NCBI RefSeq assembly: GCF_964355755.1
Contig: NC_092673.1
Span: forward strand, 8,742,001-8,806,000
Direction of reading: 5' to 3'
From: Antedon mediterranea
Lineage: Eukaryota > Animalia > Echinodermata
DNA: 64,000 nt
Made by a program: the position numbers and the translations under genes. How positions within the stretch are numbered: the stretch's first letter is position 1; each line of letters starts with the position of its first letter. This document shows positions 37,601 to 48,593 of the stretch, one piece after another. The notes under the pieces were generated by a model. The model did not search any database, was not told where the DNA came from, and was given only the letters and a program-made list of their open reading frames with translations.

Positions 37601-40600
37601 ATTACGGCTTGTTCTAGATAAGGGTCCAACAATGTCTATCGCTATACGTTTAAATGGTGTACTTATAATCGGTAACGGTATCAAAGTATGTTTCCTTTTA
37701 CTTTTACCCTTATCTACCTTTTGGCATTCCTTACAGACTTTACAATAGACTACCACATCTTTAAATATACCTGGCCAATAGAATTGGTTCAGGATCCTAC
37801 TTTTAGTTTTCTCAACACCCATGTGACCTGCAAATATCAATATCATTTCGTCTTGTATTCTAACATCATTTTCTATTCTGGCTTGCTCCCTAGTTAGGAC
37901 GAACATTTCTTTAGCCATTGTTTCCCCACAATTCTGGTCCAAATCATGACCCAATAACATGTCCCTCTGTAATCCTTCGATTACGGCTACAATCACTTTT
38001 CCTGTCACTATCTTACTTTCTATAGCTACCTCAGCTAAGGGGACGGTAATATCGCCTCCTATACCTCTTAACGTAACCCATTTTCCTGGCAAGTAACATT
38101 TGTTAGGCACTAGACTTTCCTTAACAGCTGACTGGGTACATCCTGAGTCTCTAAGCATAGTTATATCCTGTCCTTCTAATTTTCCTGGTATTGTACATTT
38201 CTCCATTTTATTTTCTACACTATCTATAACTACTTGGGGTCTATCTGATTTTAGTCCTTCACATCTTAAAATGGATATGAAAGGATTTTAAAATTTCACA
38301 AAAATGACTTTTTATGAATCCTTTTAATGTTAATAAACAGCACACAAAAAATTAGATTCAAATACCTAGTAGAACTTGAGAAATAAATAAATTAAATTTT
38401 GGTATAAAACGTCCGCAAAATGGCCGACCAACTGGCACGCCATCTTAATTTTTATGAACGTTCTATACGCACGTACGAGATCGTCAAATTTAGAGTTTGA
38501 AACACCCGGGGTTGTAGCCACGGCAGCAGTCGTTTTGTGATTGGTTAATGAATTTTAATACAGTCCAATCACCGCCTTGTTTCGTTCGCGGTCTGTGTGG
38601 TGTAAACAAAATAAACAAACCCATCCTCTCACGTGTTGCAAGCTCCCTGTTGCTGCAGTCGTAGAAAATATTGATATTTCACAAATCAATAAAAAGTTAT
38701 GTCTGCAAAGATTGTACGTGAAAAGAAGAAAGGGTGTATTTGTACATCTCACACTAAACCACTCACGCAGACTACAAATTAGGCTAGGTCTAGTAGTAGA
38801 CTATATTTTCTTCTAAATTCGCTAGTACTATACTAGGCTAGGCTAGGCCTACACATGGAGTTACTCCATGGTCTACAGTACAAGAGAGTAGTAGTCGCCG
38901 GTCCACCGACGAACCTCCAGGAAGTGGACAAGGCGCGGGCGTAGACGTATGTAAAAGGCGACGTAAATAAAAAAGGTAAGCTTGTGTTGAACTTGTTTTT
39001 GGCTCTGACTTTTGTTATTGACTAATATAATATCATAATACTAATAATTAAAGTAGAGCAGAGGTGAGGCAGAGAGGATTATTATAGTTTAGTTAGTAAC
39101 TGTAATTAAATAATAACCTCTTTCTGTTTGTTACCAAGTCATAAAATATAATACTATAGGGCCTAGGTAGGATTGAATAAAAATAATAGTACATTTCCAT
39201 CCATTTATTGGTCTTATCTTTGCAGATTTATGGAATCAACAGTACATGAGATGGCTTTGAAGAACTGTAATAGTACTAGTAATAAAATTGTAAACATCAA
39301 CAAATTATATGGCAGAAATAGTGTGTGGAATGAATTTTATTGAACAAATGTATCATAATGAGTTTGGAACAAGCAGGATTTTTCAAACGGGACATAAATT
39401 ACTTTTGAGACCTGAGTGATACATTTTAATTCTAAAAAACACCAGCCAGCTCCATCATATTCAAGAGATGGATTCTTTCATAAATGTCCATTGTACATAG
39501 TATTTGGCTAAATAAATAAAAAAAAAAGAAGTACAGTAGTGATTTATTTGTTTATATACCCAGACCCATTTAGATGGTTAAAAACAAACACTATATGATG
39601 CACTGCTACTAGTGTACTGTCGTAGTACATTACCATAGTTACAGTATGACTGTAACCCTAGCACTCACGTCTAAAGAATTCTATTAAAAATGCATATTTT
39701 ACTATTCTTCATAAATATTTAGTTCTGTAATTGTAATTGTCTGCGCTCATTCTATACTTGGTGTCTTAGTATACTGCATATGTATCGTGCAAGCATGATC
39801 CAAGTAGCATCTATTATAAAGTACGCTGGGCATCTTTCTATTCACCTGAAAAAAAGGAAAATGAATGAGCACATGTTTATCTGCCCTCAAAACAAAATAA
39901 TAATTTAGTATAATTTATTATGTAGGTTTGATCAACAGTTTAAAATAGCAATGCTCAGTACTGTTACCTTAATATTATAATTTGACTCTAACATTTGCGC
40001 TTCCATTCCAATCAATAAATACATTTGCTTATCCCGTCCATCAATTATCATAGTTGCACTCCAATTATAGACCTGTAGGTAGGTAAAAATACAAATGAAT
40101 TGTTTATTTACTGTATTAATAATATATGATACAAGCTCAAATACCCCTAACTAGGCCTGGCCTGTTATAACCTTTATTACTACATTAGAGAAAATCCACC
40201 TCTATTCATTTTATTGGGAATCCTATATTTAGTATTCAGTGTTGCCTAGCCTAGGGCGGCATGTAATAACAAAAAAATATTTTAATAATGCGTTAGTCAG
40301 GACACTACAGCACACACCAATATTAATAAACGTACTTATAAATAATGTGTATATACATAATACAGTAACACAATTGTGCCTACCATTAACACCCTCAACG
40401 ATACATCAAGGAGCATACGCTCTCAGCTCACCTCTGGCCGGCCGACTAAACACCGTATCCAGCAGTCATCGCTACTAAAAAGGCCTAGCTAGCTCCAGGC
40501 CATGGCATTGTCAAACACCATTTGCTCGTCCAACTGTTTCTTCAAAACGATGTTAACACCCGTGTTAACAAGACGATGTGGACGAATTTCCATCAATTTC

Positions 40601-43600
40601 AGTTAATTACAATGAAATAATAATAAAATGAATGTTTCAATAATACGTGTATAATAAATAGCGAAATAAACATCGCTCGCGAGAGAGGAGGGTCGAGAGA
40701 GAGAGGCCAAGGAGATCGACTCTGTGATTCTCACGCATGCGCAAAATAACTCCGTGTACCCAGCAAGATAGGCATTTGGCTATGAATTTCGTAAAAGGTG
40801 GCCTTGAAAAACGAAATTAAAATCCGTTTAAAAAAAAACATGGTTGATAATATGAATTAATTTTATTCGATTAGGCTAACATACTTATCCAAGAATAAAA
40901 ATATCAAAGCGATAAGTAATTACTACCATGCTTTTGCATCAATCAATGATTTACTGCTAAATTCCTATCTCTGTAATACAAAAATAACTTTTAGTGACGT
41001 CACAAAAAGTTTTTCACAGGTTTCTCAGGGGCGTTTTGAGGGCGTTGTCGTCCTCCAAAACATTAAGTATGACTATGGCAAGCTTAAAACTGATTGATCT
41101 ACACGTTGAGCCAATAAAATGATATTGCTAGGAACCCTTTCATATCCATTTTAAGCCATCTTTCACATTCGGGCCCTTCTTAGTGTCACTAGTCTTTCCT
41201 TTTGCTACCATCTTAGGACAATCCCCTATTTTATGTCCCTTCTCCTTACAATTAAAGCATAGGCCATTAATCCATTCATTTGAAGGTTCTCTCTGTTGGA
41301 AATTTCTACCATAGTTATGGAATTTGCCTCCCCTTCCGCGATACCTATTGTATCCTTGCTGCCTAGCTCCAGGGTTATTCTGAGTCGTACTATTCTTAGG
41401 TTTACTATTTTCTTGGCCCTTATAATACGTAGGCTTATTTTCAGAATTTACGGCATTCAAATAGCCACGGCCACCTCTATTAGCTATATAATCATCGGCT
41501 AGCATAGCCATATCATAGCTCTTATTTACTTGTTTATCTCTAAGATAAAGCCTCAGATCTTCAGGCATTTTATCAAGTGCCTGTTCCATTATAATCATTT
41601 CAATAATGCCTGCAGCATCATCTTCTTTTACATTAGCACATTTCATCCAACATTTTAAATAATGGGAGAGCTCATTCAGCCATTCCCTGATGGACATATC
41701 TTTAACTCTGTTCGAATTTCTAAATTTAAATCTGTAGGTCTCTGCGGACACATCATACTTTTCTAAGATTGCCTTCTTTAAGGTATCATAATCTACACAT
41801 TCTTTTACGGTTAAGGATGCATATGCTGTCCTAGCTTTACCAGACAGTTCAGGTGCTAACCTAGCGGACCACGTATTCTTATCCCAACCTGTGGCTTCTG
41901 CCAAGTGTTCAAATGTTCTAAAATATATATCAATATCATCTGATTCCTTCAAAGTAGGAACCTTTACCTTCATTTCATCTACTATTTTCCTAGCATTACT
42001 GTAGCTAGACCTATTTTCTAATTCCATCATTTTCATTCTTTCTTGTGATTCAATTTTTCTTTTCTCTATATCTGCTTCTAATCTTAATTGGTCTTGTTGG
42101 TATTGTAATTCTAACTTTTTGTTTTCGGCCTCGAACTTCATTCGAAAATATTCGAGCATCATATCTTTAGGCATACCGCCGGGTATTTCGGGCAAATCAA
42201 TATCCCTAGCCATGTTATCATACATTTCATTGACTTGGTCAACCTCTTCTTGGTCAACCATATCTTCCCTAGTATCTTTTTCTGACATAGTCTTCTATAT
42301 TTTTACCCGATCTTAAAGTTGTCATGCTAATAACAATTTTACTAATGAAATATGTAAACTTATGTATACAAAATATGTTATAAAAGTATTTGTATTACCT
42401 TGATTCCATTCAGATATGTAAAAATATGAAATCCACATAAATTTTTAAATGCAATACAATATAAGACATTAATTTACTTCAAAGTCACAAACAACGTTCC
42501 AAGTTCGCTCCATACAAAAATTTACTTTCGAAATAAAAAATAGTTTACAAAGTCAGCTTTGCAAATCTTCTCAAAATTTTCTGGGCTTCCTTCTGTTACT
42601 TCAGTCTTCTTCTTTCAGACCTCGGTGAATATATACAGTATCTCCGATGAATATCCAGCAGTCTTGAGTAGGTACCTTGAGCTCAACAGTACTTCTTCTT
42701 CGTTGTAATATCCAAACAACGCACGGTATAAAAACTGTCAGGAATACAGATCTTCGTAACCATTTAACTTTTTGGTTACTGATTTAACAGGCCCGTAGAG
42801 TAGGCACTGTCACTTCTTCTTCTTCTTCTTGATACTTAAATCATGTAAACAAAAATTTTCACCGCTGCCACCATGTAGTGAATTTATCTTAGTTGGTTCC
42901 GAGCTTTCTCAGGCGTATATATTTCCACGCGACGTACACAGCTGTCACTGAATGATAACTCATACAAAAAGTATATTTAACTCAACTAGAACTTTTATTC
43001 CTTGTAATTCGATTAATACATCTTTCTACCACTACCAGTCAAGCCTTAATATATTCTTTATCATCTTTCCGTTTATCTACTCTGATCTTATTCTCTCTTC
43101 TCCCCTAATATCTATTACATTCCACTTTTATACTGAATATGCAAATTTTAGGCTTCAGAGGAGGATAACATTTTCCCTCCAAAATTTATGCGATTTTGAT
43201 TGGCTAATTAAGGCGGACCTGGTCTAAAGCATCCTTCTCTAAACACAGAGAATCACAACATTTATAATATGACAACATATAACAAATAAAAGCATACATA
43301 ATTTGAAAGATATACAGAAAATTTTGATAAAAAACATACATATACAAAGTTAAATGAAAAGTAAAAAATAGAGAGGTTTCGCAATCTTACGAATACGATA
43401 ACGAAAACGGATACGTCACGCAAACGTATTCGTTTTCGTAAGCCAGTAAAAATCTGTTTCGCATGGCAACGAAATATTGAGAGCATCGTGCAAAATATGA
43501 CTGCGGTAAATTTGAGCGAAGCACAGGTACGTGTTGATTGGCTGCTAAAGCCTAGCGTCAAATCGAGTGAGGACTTTAAAAACTGCTATTTATCAAAATT

Positions 43601-46600
43601 GACCTGGCATTTTAGTAAATTACTTTAGTAAATTACTTTCAATATCTCTAATTATATTATAATCATGAATCATTGATTCAAATGCAAAATGTGCAAAATA
43701 TATCAAAAACTATACTTATTTTGTAGTTACGAATATGACTGTTGATATTCGTCAACATGAATACGCTTTACGAATATGAAATGGGGATAACCTTAAAAGT
43801 TTCACAAATGTGTGACGTATCCATTTTCGTTATCGTATTCGTAAGGTTGCGAAACCTCCCTAATAAAAAAGCAGGATCTCTTTAGCTAGCCATGACTTTA
43901 TATATATATATTATTTATATTTTTTTCAGTTACATTTTTTTAGTTCCATTCTTTTTTTCTCTGTATTTAAAGGTTCTTTTACCGTTTAGTATCCCTATTT
44001 TCCACTTTCTCTGGGAAAAAATTAGAAACATGTGTTTCTCAACTGATTTGTGTCATATGGGGTCTATATATCCACCAAAAATAAGTTCCAACTCATCTGG
44101 CATGGGAAGCCGCCAATTTGGATTTTTAAAATAGCAACCATAAAATACAGGTTTCCACTTTTATATCTCCTCTTCTACATCATGTATGGTAGTGAAGTGG
44201 TGTTTTGAGGGTCAAGGAATCAAAATACAGCATTTCAAAGTTCACCTAATGGCCACCATTTTGTTTTTTAAAATGGCTGGCATAACATTTACAGATTTTA
44301 CCTTATACCTCAAGCTTATACATCATGTATGGAAGTGATTTTGTTGGCAAAGTGTATGTTTTGAGGGTCAAGGAATCTAAATACAGCTTTTTGAAGTTCA
44401 TGTAATGGCTGCCATTTTTATTTTAAAAATTGCAACCATAAGGTACAGGTTTTTGCTAATTTAATCTTTTTATGATTTTGATTAGCCTATGTTTTTTAAG
44501 GTTACAGAAAAAAACAAAATTCAGCTTCTGAAATAAATTGGAAAGTGATCACGAGAATACGTCAAGCATTGCTAGTGTAGATAGCCTCCCACTGCTGCTG
44601 CAATTATGAAAGCATACCTGTGTACAATCGTGCTTAACAAGTTATACCATCTAATGATATACAGCCACAGCTTAGATGTTTTCAATACCTTTTTGACTTT
44701 CCCAGCTCTTGAGAATCCTCCAAGTCTGATAACTAATCTGCATTACTTTAACCCCCAGTGGTTGACTGAAGGTTATTATGACAGATGATACTGTAGATAG
44801 TGGATGAACAGGTAGATAGGGTGACTAGTGTTGATCTTCAAATGTATTACTATGCATTCAGTCGCATAAGATAAGCTGAATTGCTTTATCCATACATTGT
44901 TTATACTTTAAGTACTGAAAGTTTCCCATGCTTCTCTTTACGATTTGGAAAATAACTTAAAATTTCCATGTCTAACTTACTTGTTTGAGGTTTGATGTCA
45001 AGCAGGCGGGGGAAAACACAATCATTGGAAGGGCATTTTCTTACGTTGCGTCGGTTCCGTTGCGTCGCTAGTGGAAACTACACTTGAGCAAAAATTTGTA
45101 TTTTATGGCAGCTTTTCCCAGGCCAGATGAGCTGGAATTTTTTTTGGATATTTAGACCCCATATAACACAAATCAGTTGAGAAACAATTTTTTTAAATTA
45201 ATTAATAATTTCAATATAAAATTTAATGACAAAAAGAGAGATCGACGTTTCAAAGCTAAATTGTTTATCTAACTCAGTAGGAGGAGCTAATTACTTTAAT
45301 TAGCCCTCAATTAGCATTTCCTGTCACCAACTTTGGTGCTTAGTGCACATAATTATTATTGTTTTGTATTCACTTGATCTTGAAAATGGTTCTATGATGG
45401 TACCGAAACGTCGATCTCTCTTTTTGTCATTAAATTTTATATTAAAATTATTTAGTAAACGTCTTTTAATTCGTAATTAATAATTAATTAATTTTAATTT
45501 TTTCACAGATTGGCCCTTTTTAGACTTATAATAGGGATACTATTACTAGTGAACATTTGTTAAAATTTGTTGTTTAATTATTGTTTTACAACTTTGACTA
45601 CAGGTAAATAAATATGAAAATGAATTTAAAAGTTGTAATTAGTAGATGTTCCCTCCATCTTTCATTTAGTGTAATCGAATTAAGTGTCAAAATATTATTT
45701 GTTGGTTTATATATATATCACTGTATCAGCAGACAACAGAACTTATTTAAATAATATTTGAAGCCTATTTAAATTCAGTGTAGAGAAATTTTAATTTGTA
45801 TGTGCTTACACTACAGTAATATATGTGATATACAAAGATTTACTAGAATAGGCATTTGACAGAAAGTTGAATGTGTGTTCATGATAATGTATCGAACCCT
45901 AACAATATTATGTATCTTATTTTAGGAGGATTGGATTCAAGTCTAGTTTCAGCATTAGCATCCAAATTTGCTCAAGAGAATGGAGTTGATTATCTTTTTC
46001 AGACTTTTGCAATCGGAATGAGTACAGAGAGCACTGATCTTTCTGCTGCACGGAAAGTAGCTGCACACATTGGAAGTGAGCACCACGAGATTGTTTTTAC
46101 TCCAGAACAAGGCTTTGAAGTTATTGAAGACGTTATATATGCTCTTGAATCATATGATGTTGCTACTATACAATCTGCAATTGGTAGGTGATCTGAAAAT
46201 AAACTGTAGTCAGATAATCAGAGGTTTTCTTTATTGCAAAATCCAGTTTCAGAACAATACTAAAAAGAATACTAAAAATCCAATGGAACAGACCAAACCA
46301 AAAAAAGTTAAAAATGATGATGTTAATGTTGGAATTGAATGTAAAATTATTACCCTTACCATATTTATTTAAGTAAATGCCCCTACATCATGTTAATCAA
46401 TGAATTCTACTACTGTACAAATGAGAATGTGTTGTAATATGTCAATATTATGTATTATGCGAGAAGATATAAATATATGCCCCGTGGCTTTTATTCGAGG
46501 AGGGTGTTTATTCCAAATGATGTTCTATGGATGCCATTTATTAGAACAAATACGATATGCATTTGTTGCAGTAAATGGTAATTTATCCACAAGGTCAAAC

Positions 46601-48593
46601 AAGGTCAATAACAACTTCATTGTTTTTCTTCTGAAGCTAAAATAGTTCCATTCAACAATCTCCATTATTTTTTGTTTTTTTACAACCTCACATTTAGGCA
46701 TGTACCTTGTTTCAAAGTATATTAAAGAAAAAACAGATACTGTAGTGGTTTATTCAGGAGAAGGTGCTGATGAACTCTGCCAAGGTTATGGCTATTTTCA
46801 TTTTGCTCCAAATTCTAAAGAAGCAGAAATGGAGAGCCACCGACTACTCAACACAATGTACTTGTTCTGTGGCCTAAGAGCTGATAGAATTACAGCTGCT
46901 CATGGGTTAGAAAAACATTTATTTTTATGATTACTAATTGGCAATAAGTTTATAATCTTAGGGGATCTAGGGGAGGGAGTGCTAGGTGGGTGGAAAGACT
47001 GTACACACAGGAAAAGCCTAACCTACTTTTTAATCATATCAACTTCTTGCATAAATTTACCAGATTTATGCACCCATAAACTGATTGAAACAACCTAAAT
47101 TACTCTAGAATGCTTGGCAGCACCTCAGCCCCAAGCCTGGTTTGTCCGCTTCGCTTGTAAGGCAACCACCCCCCAATCTGCCCCTGAATCTAATATCAAT
47201 TTCCATATAGAATATGTGACAATAATTGCAAAATAAAATTACCAATGATATAGAATGCTCATATTTATGAAGTATATCACCCGTCTAAATGACGACAGTT
47301 CTACTGGTTATATATATATATATTTTTTTTTTTTTAGGCTTGAAATCCGAGTACCATTTTTAGATCATCACTTAGTGTCCTACATTTTGTCAATACCTCC
47401 AAATCTTCGTACACCCAAAGGTGGAATAGAAAAGGAGCTCTTGCGCAAGGCATTTGATGGAACCGATCTTTTACCAGAGCAAGTTTTATGGAGAAAGAAA
47501 GAAGAATTTAGTGACGGAGTGTCATCTGTTGAAAAGACATGGAAAGCAATTTTGCAAGAACACATAGAAAATTTGGTAACTATTTTATTCACTAAATATA
47601 TTTGTAAAGACAAGCATTTTGGTATCCATGAGGAGGGATTCTGGAAAGCGGCTCTTGAATCTAATCATAATACAAAAGGGCTGTGGCTAATGAACCTTTT
47701 TGATACCAGAAAAAATACTCTTCTAAACAACATGGAGGAAATAAATATTTCAGTAGCCTATTAACTCAACCACATGTTTTCTTTTTCTTCTCTAATTGAG
47801 GAAAATTTTTATCCTGTTCACATATACACAGTGACAAAATGCTCTATATAAACAAAGTCTTTTTACAAGTCTTCGGGAGTGGAGTTGTAATTGTCAGTGG
47901 AAAAATCCTGACATGACTGACAGGCCTTGAACCGAGGATCCTTGGAATGGTAGTGAAGCTCATGTATACAGTAAATTATTCATGAGCACTGTCCTGAGGC
48001 TTTCCGTACCTAGTAATAATAATACAATAGTAGTATACTAATAGGACAAATTTTATTTCATTGTATTCTTGGACTGTTTTTATTTTTGTTAGTTCGTCTT
48101 TTTAGCCAGTAGTTTTTCTATTTTATATTACACGGATGCTCAGGGTAAGCTGCACGCAACCTGGGATTTTATGTACATGTGTACATTATGTACAAAAAAT
48201 GATTTTATAATATTGATGGCAGCTCATCATCAAGCACCAGTTCCACTATGAAGGGAATTATGGTTCAAATCACCTGTAAACACACAATGATGGTCTTCAT
48301 TCAGATTCAAGTGTTGAAAATGCAATGGTTTAACAAACATTGATCAATATTGGGAAAATTAGAAAACAAATAAAATTCAGTAAGCGGTGTATATTGATTT
48401 TTAATAATATACATGTAAAAATTATCTATTTTTGTAGGTAACTGATAAAGATATGAAGGATGCCCCGGAAGTGTACAAATTTAATACGCCACAATCAAAG
48501 GAAGCTTTCTATTACAGAAAGATATTTGAGCGACTATTTCCAAACCGTTCCTCTTTAATTCCGTACACATGGTTACGAAAGTGGATGAACTAA
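24337..48593 (+). CDS. ASNS: Asparagine synthetase (glutamine-hydrolysing)-family protein, divergent; 8 coding exons, 539 aa
   Basis: Exons 24337-24585, 24741-24887, 33114-33384, 34185-34277, 45926-46183, 46698-46905, 47338-47575, 48438-48593. All GT-AG with consistent phases, total 1620 nt. Motifs [55 protein letters not shown]. Confidence 0.93.
24741..24887 (+). CDS. ASNS: ASNS-like coding exon 2
   Basis: ttcctcAG acceptor; DCDGEVL...LDGVFAF; GTAAAT donor. Confidence 0.92.
25329..25612. repeat. Perfect spacerless 284-bp palindrome (Penelope-like pLTR, inverted duplication)
   Basis: Centre ATTACATAAT|ATTATGTAAT at 25470/25471. 142-bp arms, flanked by (TA)n. Confidence 0.95.
25517..25559 (+). 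ncRNA. Minimal type I hammerhead ribozyme (mirror copy on - at ~25382-25424)
   Basis: CTGATGA (25524-30), stem II GGGC-TAT-GCCC, GAAAC, palindromic ACATGT stem III, GTC cleavage triplet at 25550-52. Confidence 0.78.
27057..28095. mobile_element. MULE-like MITE
   Basis: ~80-bp TIRs GGGTGTCAC(A/G)AAACCTAAGACCACGAAAGCTAAGACC. 10-bp TSD CATCAACAGT (27047-27056, 28096-28105). Confidence 0.88.
28162..31560 (-). mobile_element. Degenerate near-full-length CR1-like LINE (ORF1 remnant, APE, RT, tail)
   Basis: APE ([29 protein letters not shown]), RT ([18 protein letters not shown]), C-terminal [19 protein letters not shown], (AAGT)n tail at ~28162-28175. Confidence 0.88.
33114..33384 (+). CDS. ASNS: ASNS-like coding exon 3
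   Basis: [14 protein letters not shown]...CSEAKGL; GTAAG donor. Confidence 0.9.
34185..34277 (+). CDS. ASNS: ASNS-like coding exon 4
   Basis: tttcAG acceptor; [17 protein letters not shown]; GTAAC donor. Too short for the ORF track. Confidence 0.9.
34768..35168 (-). repeat. 3' LTR of element C
   Basis: TG...CA, 401 bp. Confidence 0.95.
35270..38265 (-). pseudogene. pol of element C (PR, IN, RT, RNase H) with in-frame stop at 36014
   Basis: LRDSGC protease; [29 protein letters not shown] integrase; LPFG, YIDD RT; QTDAS, HTDHQAL RNase H. Confidence 0.92.
38270..41150. mobile_element. Kolobok-type non-autonomous DNA transposon (2881 bp)
   Basis: TTAA TSD (38266-69, 41151-54). 15-bp perfect TIR AATGGATATGAAAGG. 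Purine termini fit Kolobok rather than piggyBac. Confidence 0.85.
41151..42288 (-). CDS. gag of element C (SCAN-related capsid region, CCHC knuckle), truncated by DNA transposon
   Basis: YFRTFEHLA...W...LSGKA; [18 protein letters not shown]; [14 protein letters not shown]. In frame with pol once the insertion is removed. Confidence 0.88.
42874..43274 (-). repeat. 5' LTR of element C
   Basis: TG...CA, 401 bp, adjacent to the PBS. Confidence 0.95.
43371..43860. mobile_element. MITE (possibly PIF/Harbinger type)
   Basis: ~48-bp TIRs G(A/G)GAGGTTTCGCAA(T/C)CTTACGAATACGATAACGAAAA. Confidence 0.8.
43985..45545. mobile_element. Degenerate TIR element with internal repeats
   Basis: TTTCTCAACTGATTTGTGT..ATATGGGGTCTA (44035) is inverted at ~45152-45185. 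AGTATCCCTATT / AATAGGGATACT ends. Confidence 0.55.
45926..46183 (+). CDS. ASNS: ASNS-like coding exon 5
   Basis: GGLDSSLV...EHHE...[12 protein letters not shown]. Confidence 0.92.
46698..46905 (+). CDS. ASNS: ASNS-like coding exon 6
   Basis: MYLVSKYI...SGEGADE...LRADR. Confidence 0.92.
47338..47575 (+). CDS. ASNS: ASNS-like coding exon 7
   Basis: LEIRVPFLD...EKELLRKAF...[10 protein letters not shown]. Confidence 0.92.
47836..47960 (-). mobile_element. tRNA-derived SINE, degenerate copy
   Basis: Similar to 60110-60260 (AAGTCTT.GGGAGTGGAGTTGTAA...CCTGACAT). Confidence 0.6.
48438..48593 (+). CDS. ASNS: ASNS-like coding exon 8 (last)
   Basis: VTDKDM...[16 protein letters not shown]...WLRKWMN*. 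Confidence 0.9.
   Translation, partial: VTDKDMKDAPEVYKFNTPQSKEAFYYRKIFERLFPNRSSLIPYTWLRKWMN

Larger units (their letters stand above)
34768..43274 (-). mobile_element. Gmr1-type Ty3/gypsy LTR retrotransposon C in ASNS intron 4
   Basis: 401-bp LTRs at 34768-35168 and 42874-43274 (one difference seen). TSD ACATA. PBS TGGTGGCAGCGGTG (tRNA-Leu). PPT at ~35169-35180. Domain order PR-IN-RT-RH. Confidence 0.96.
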
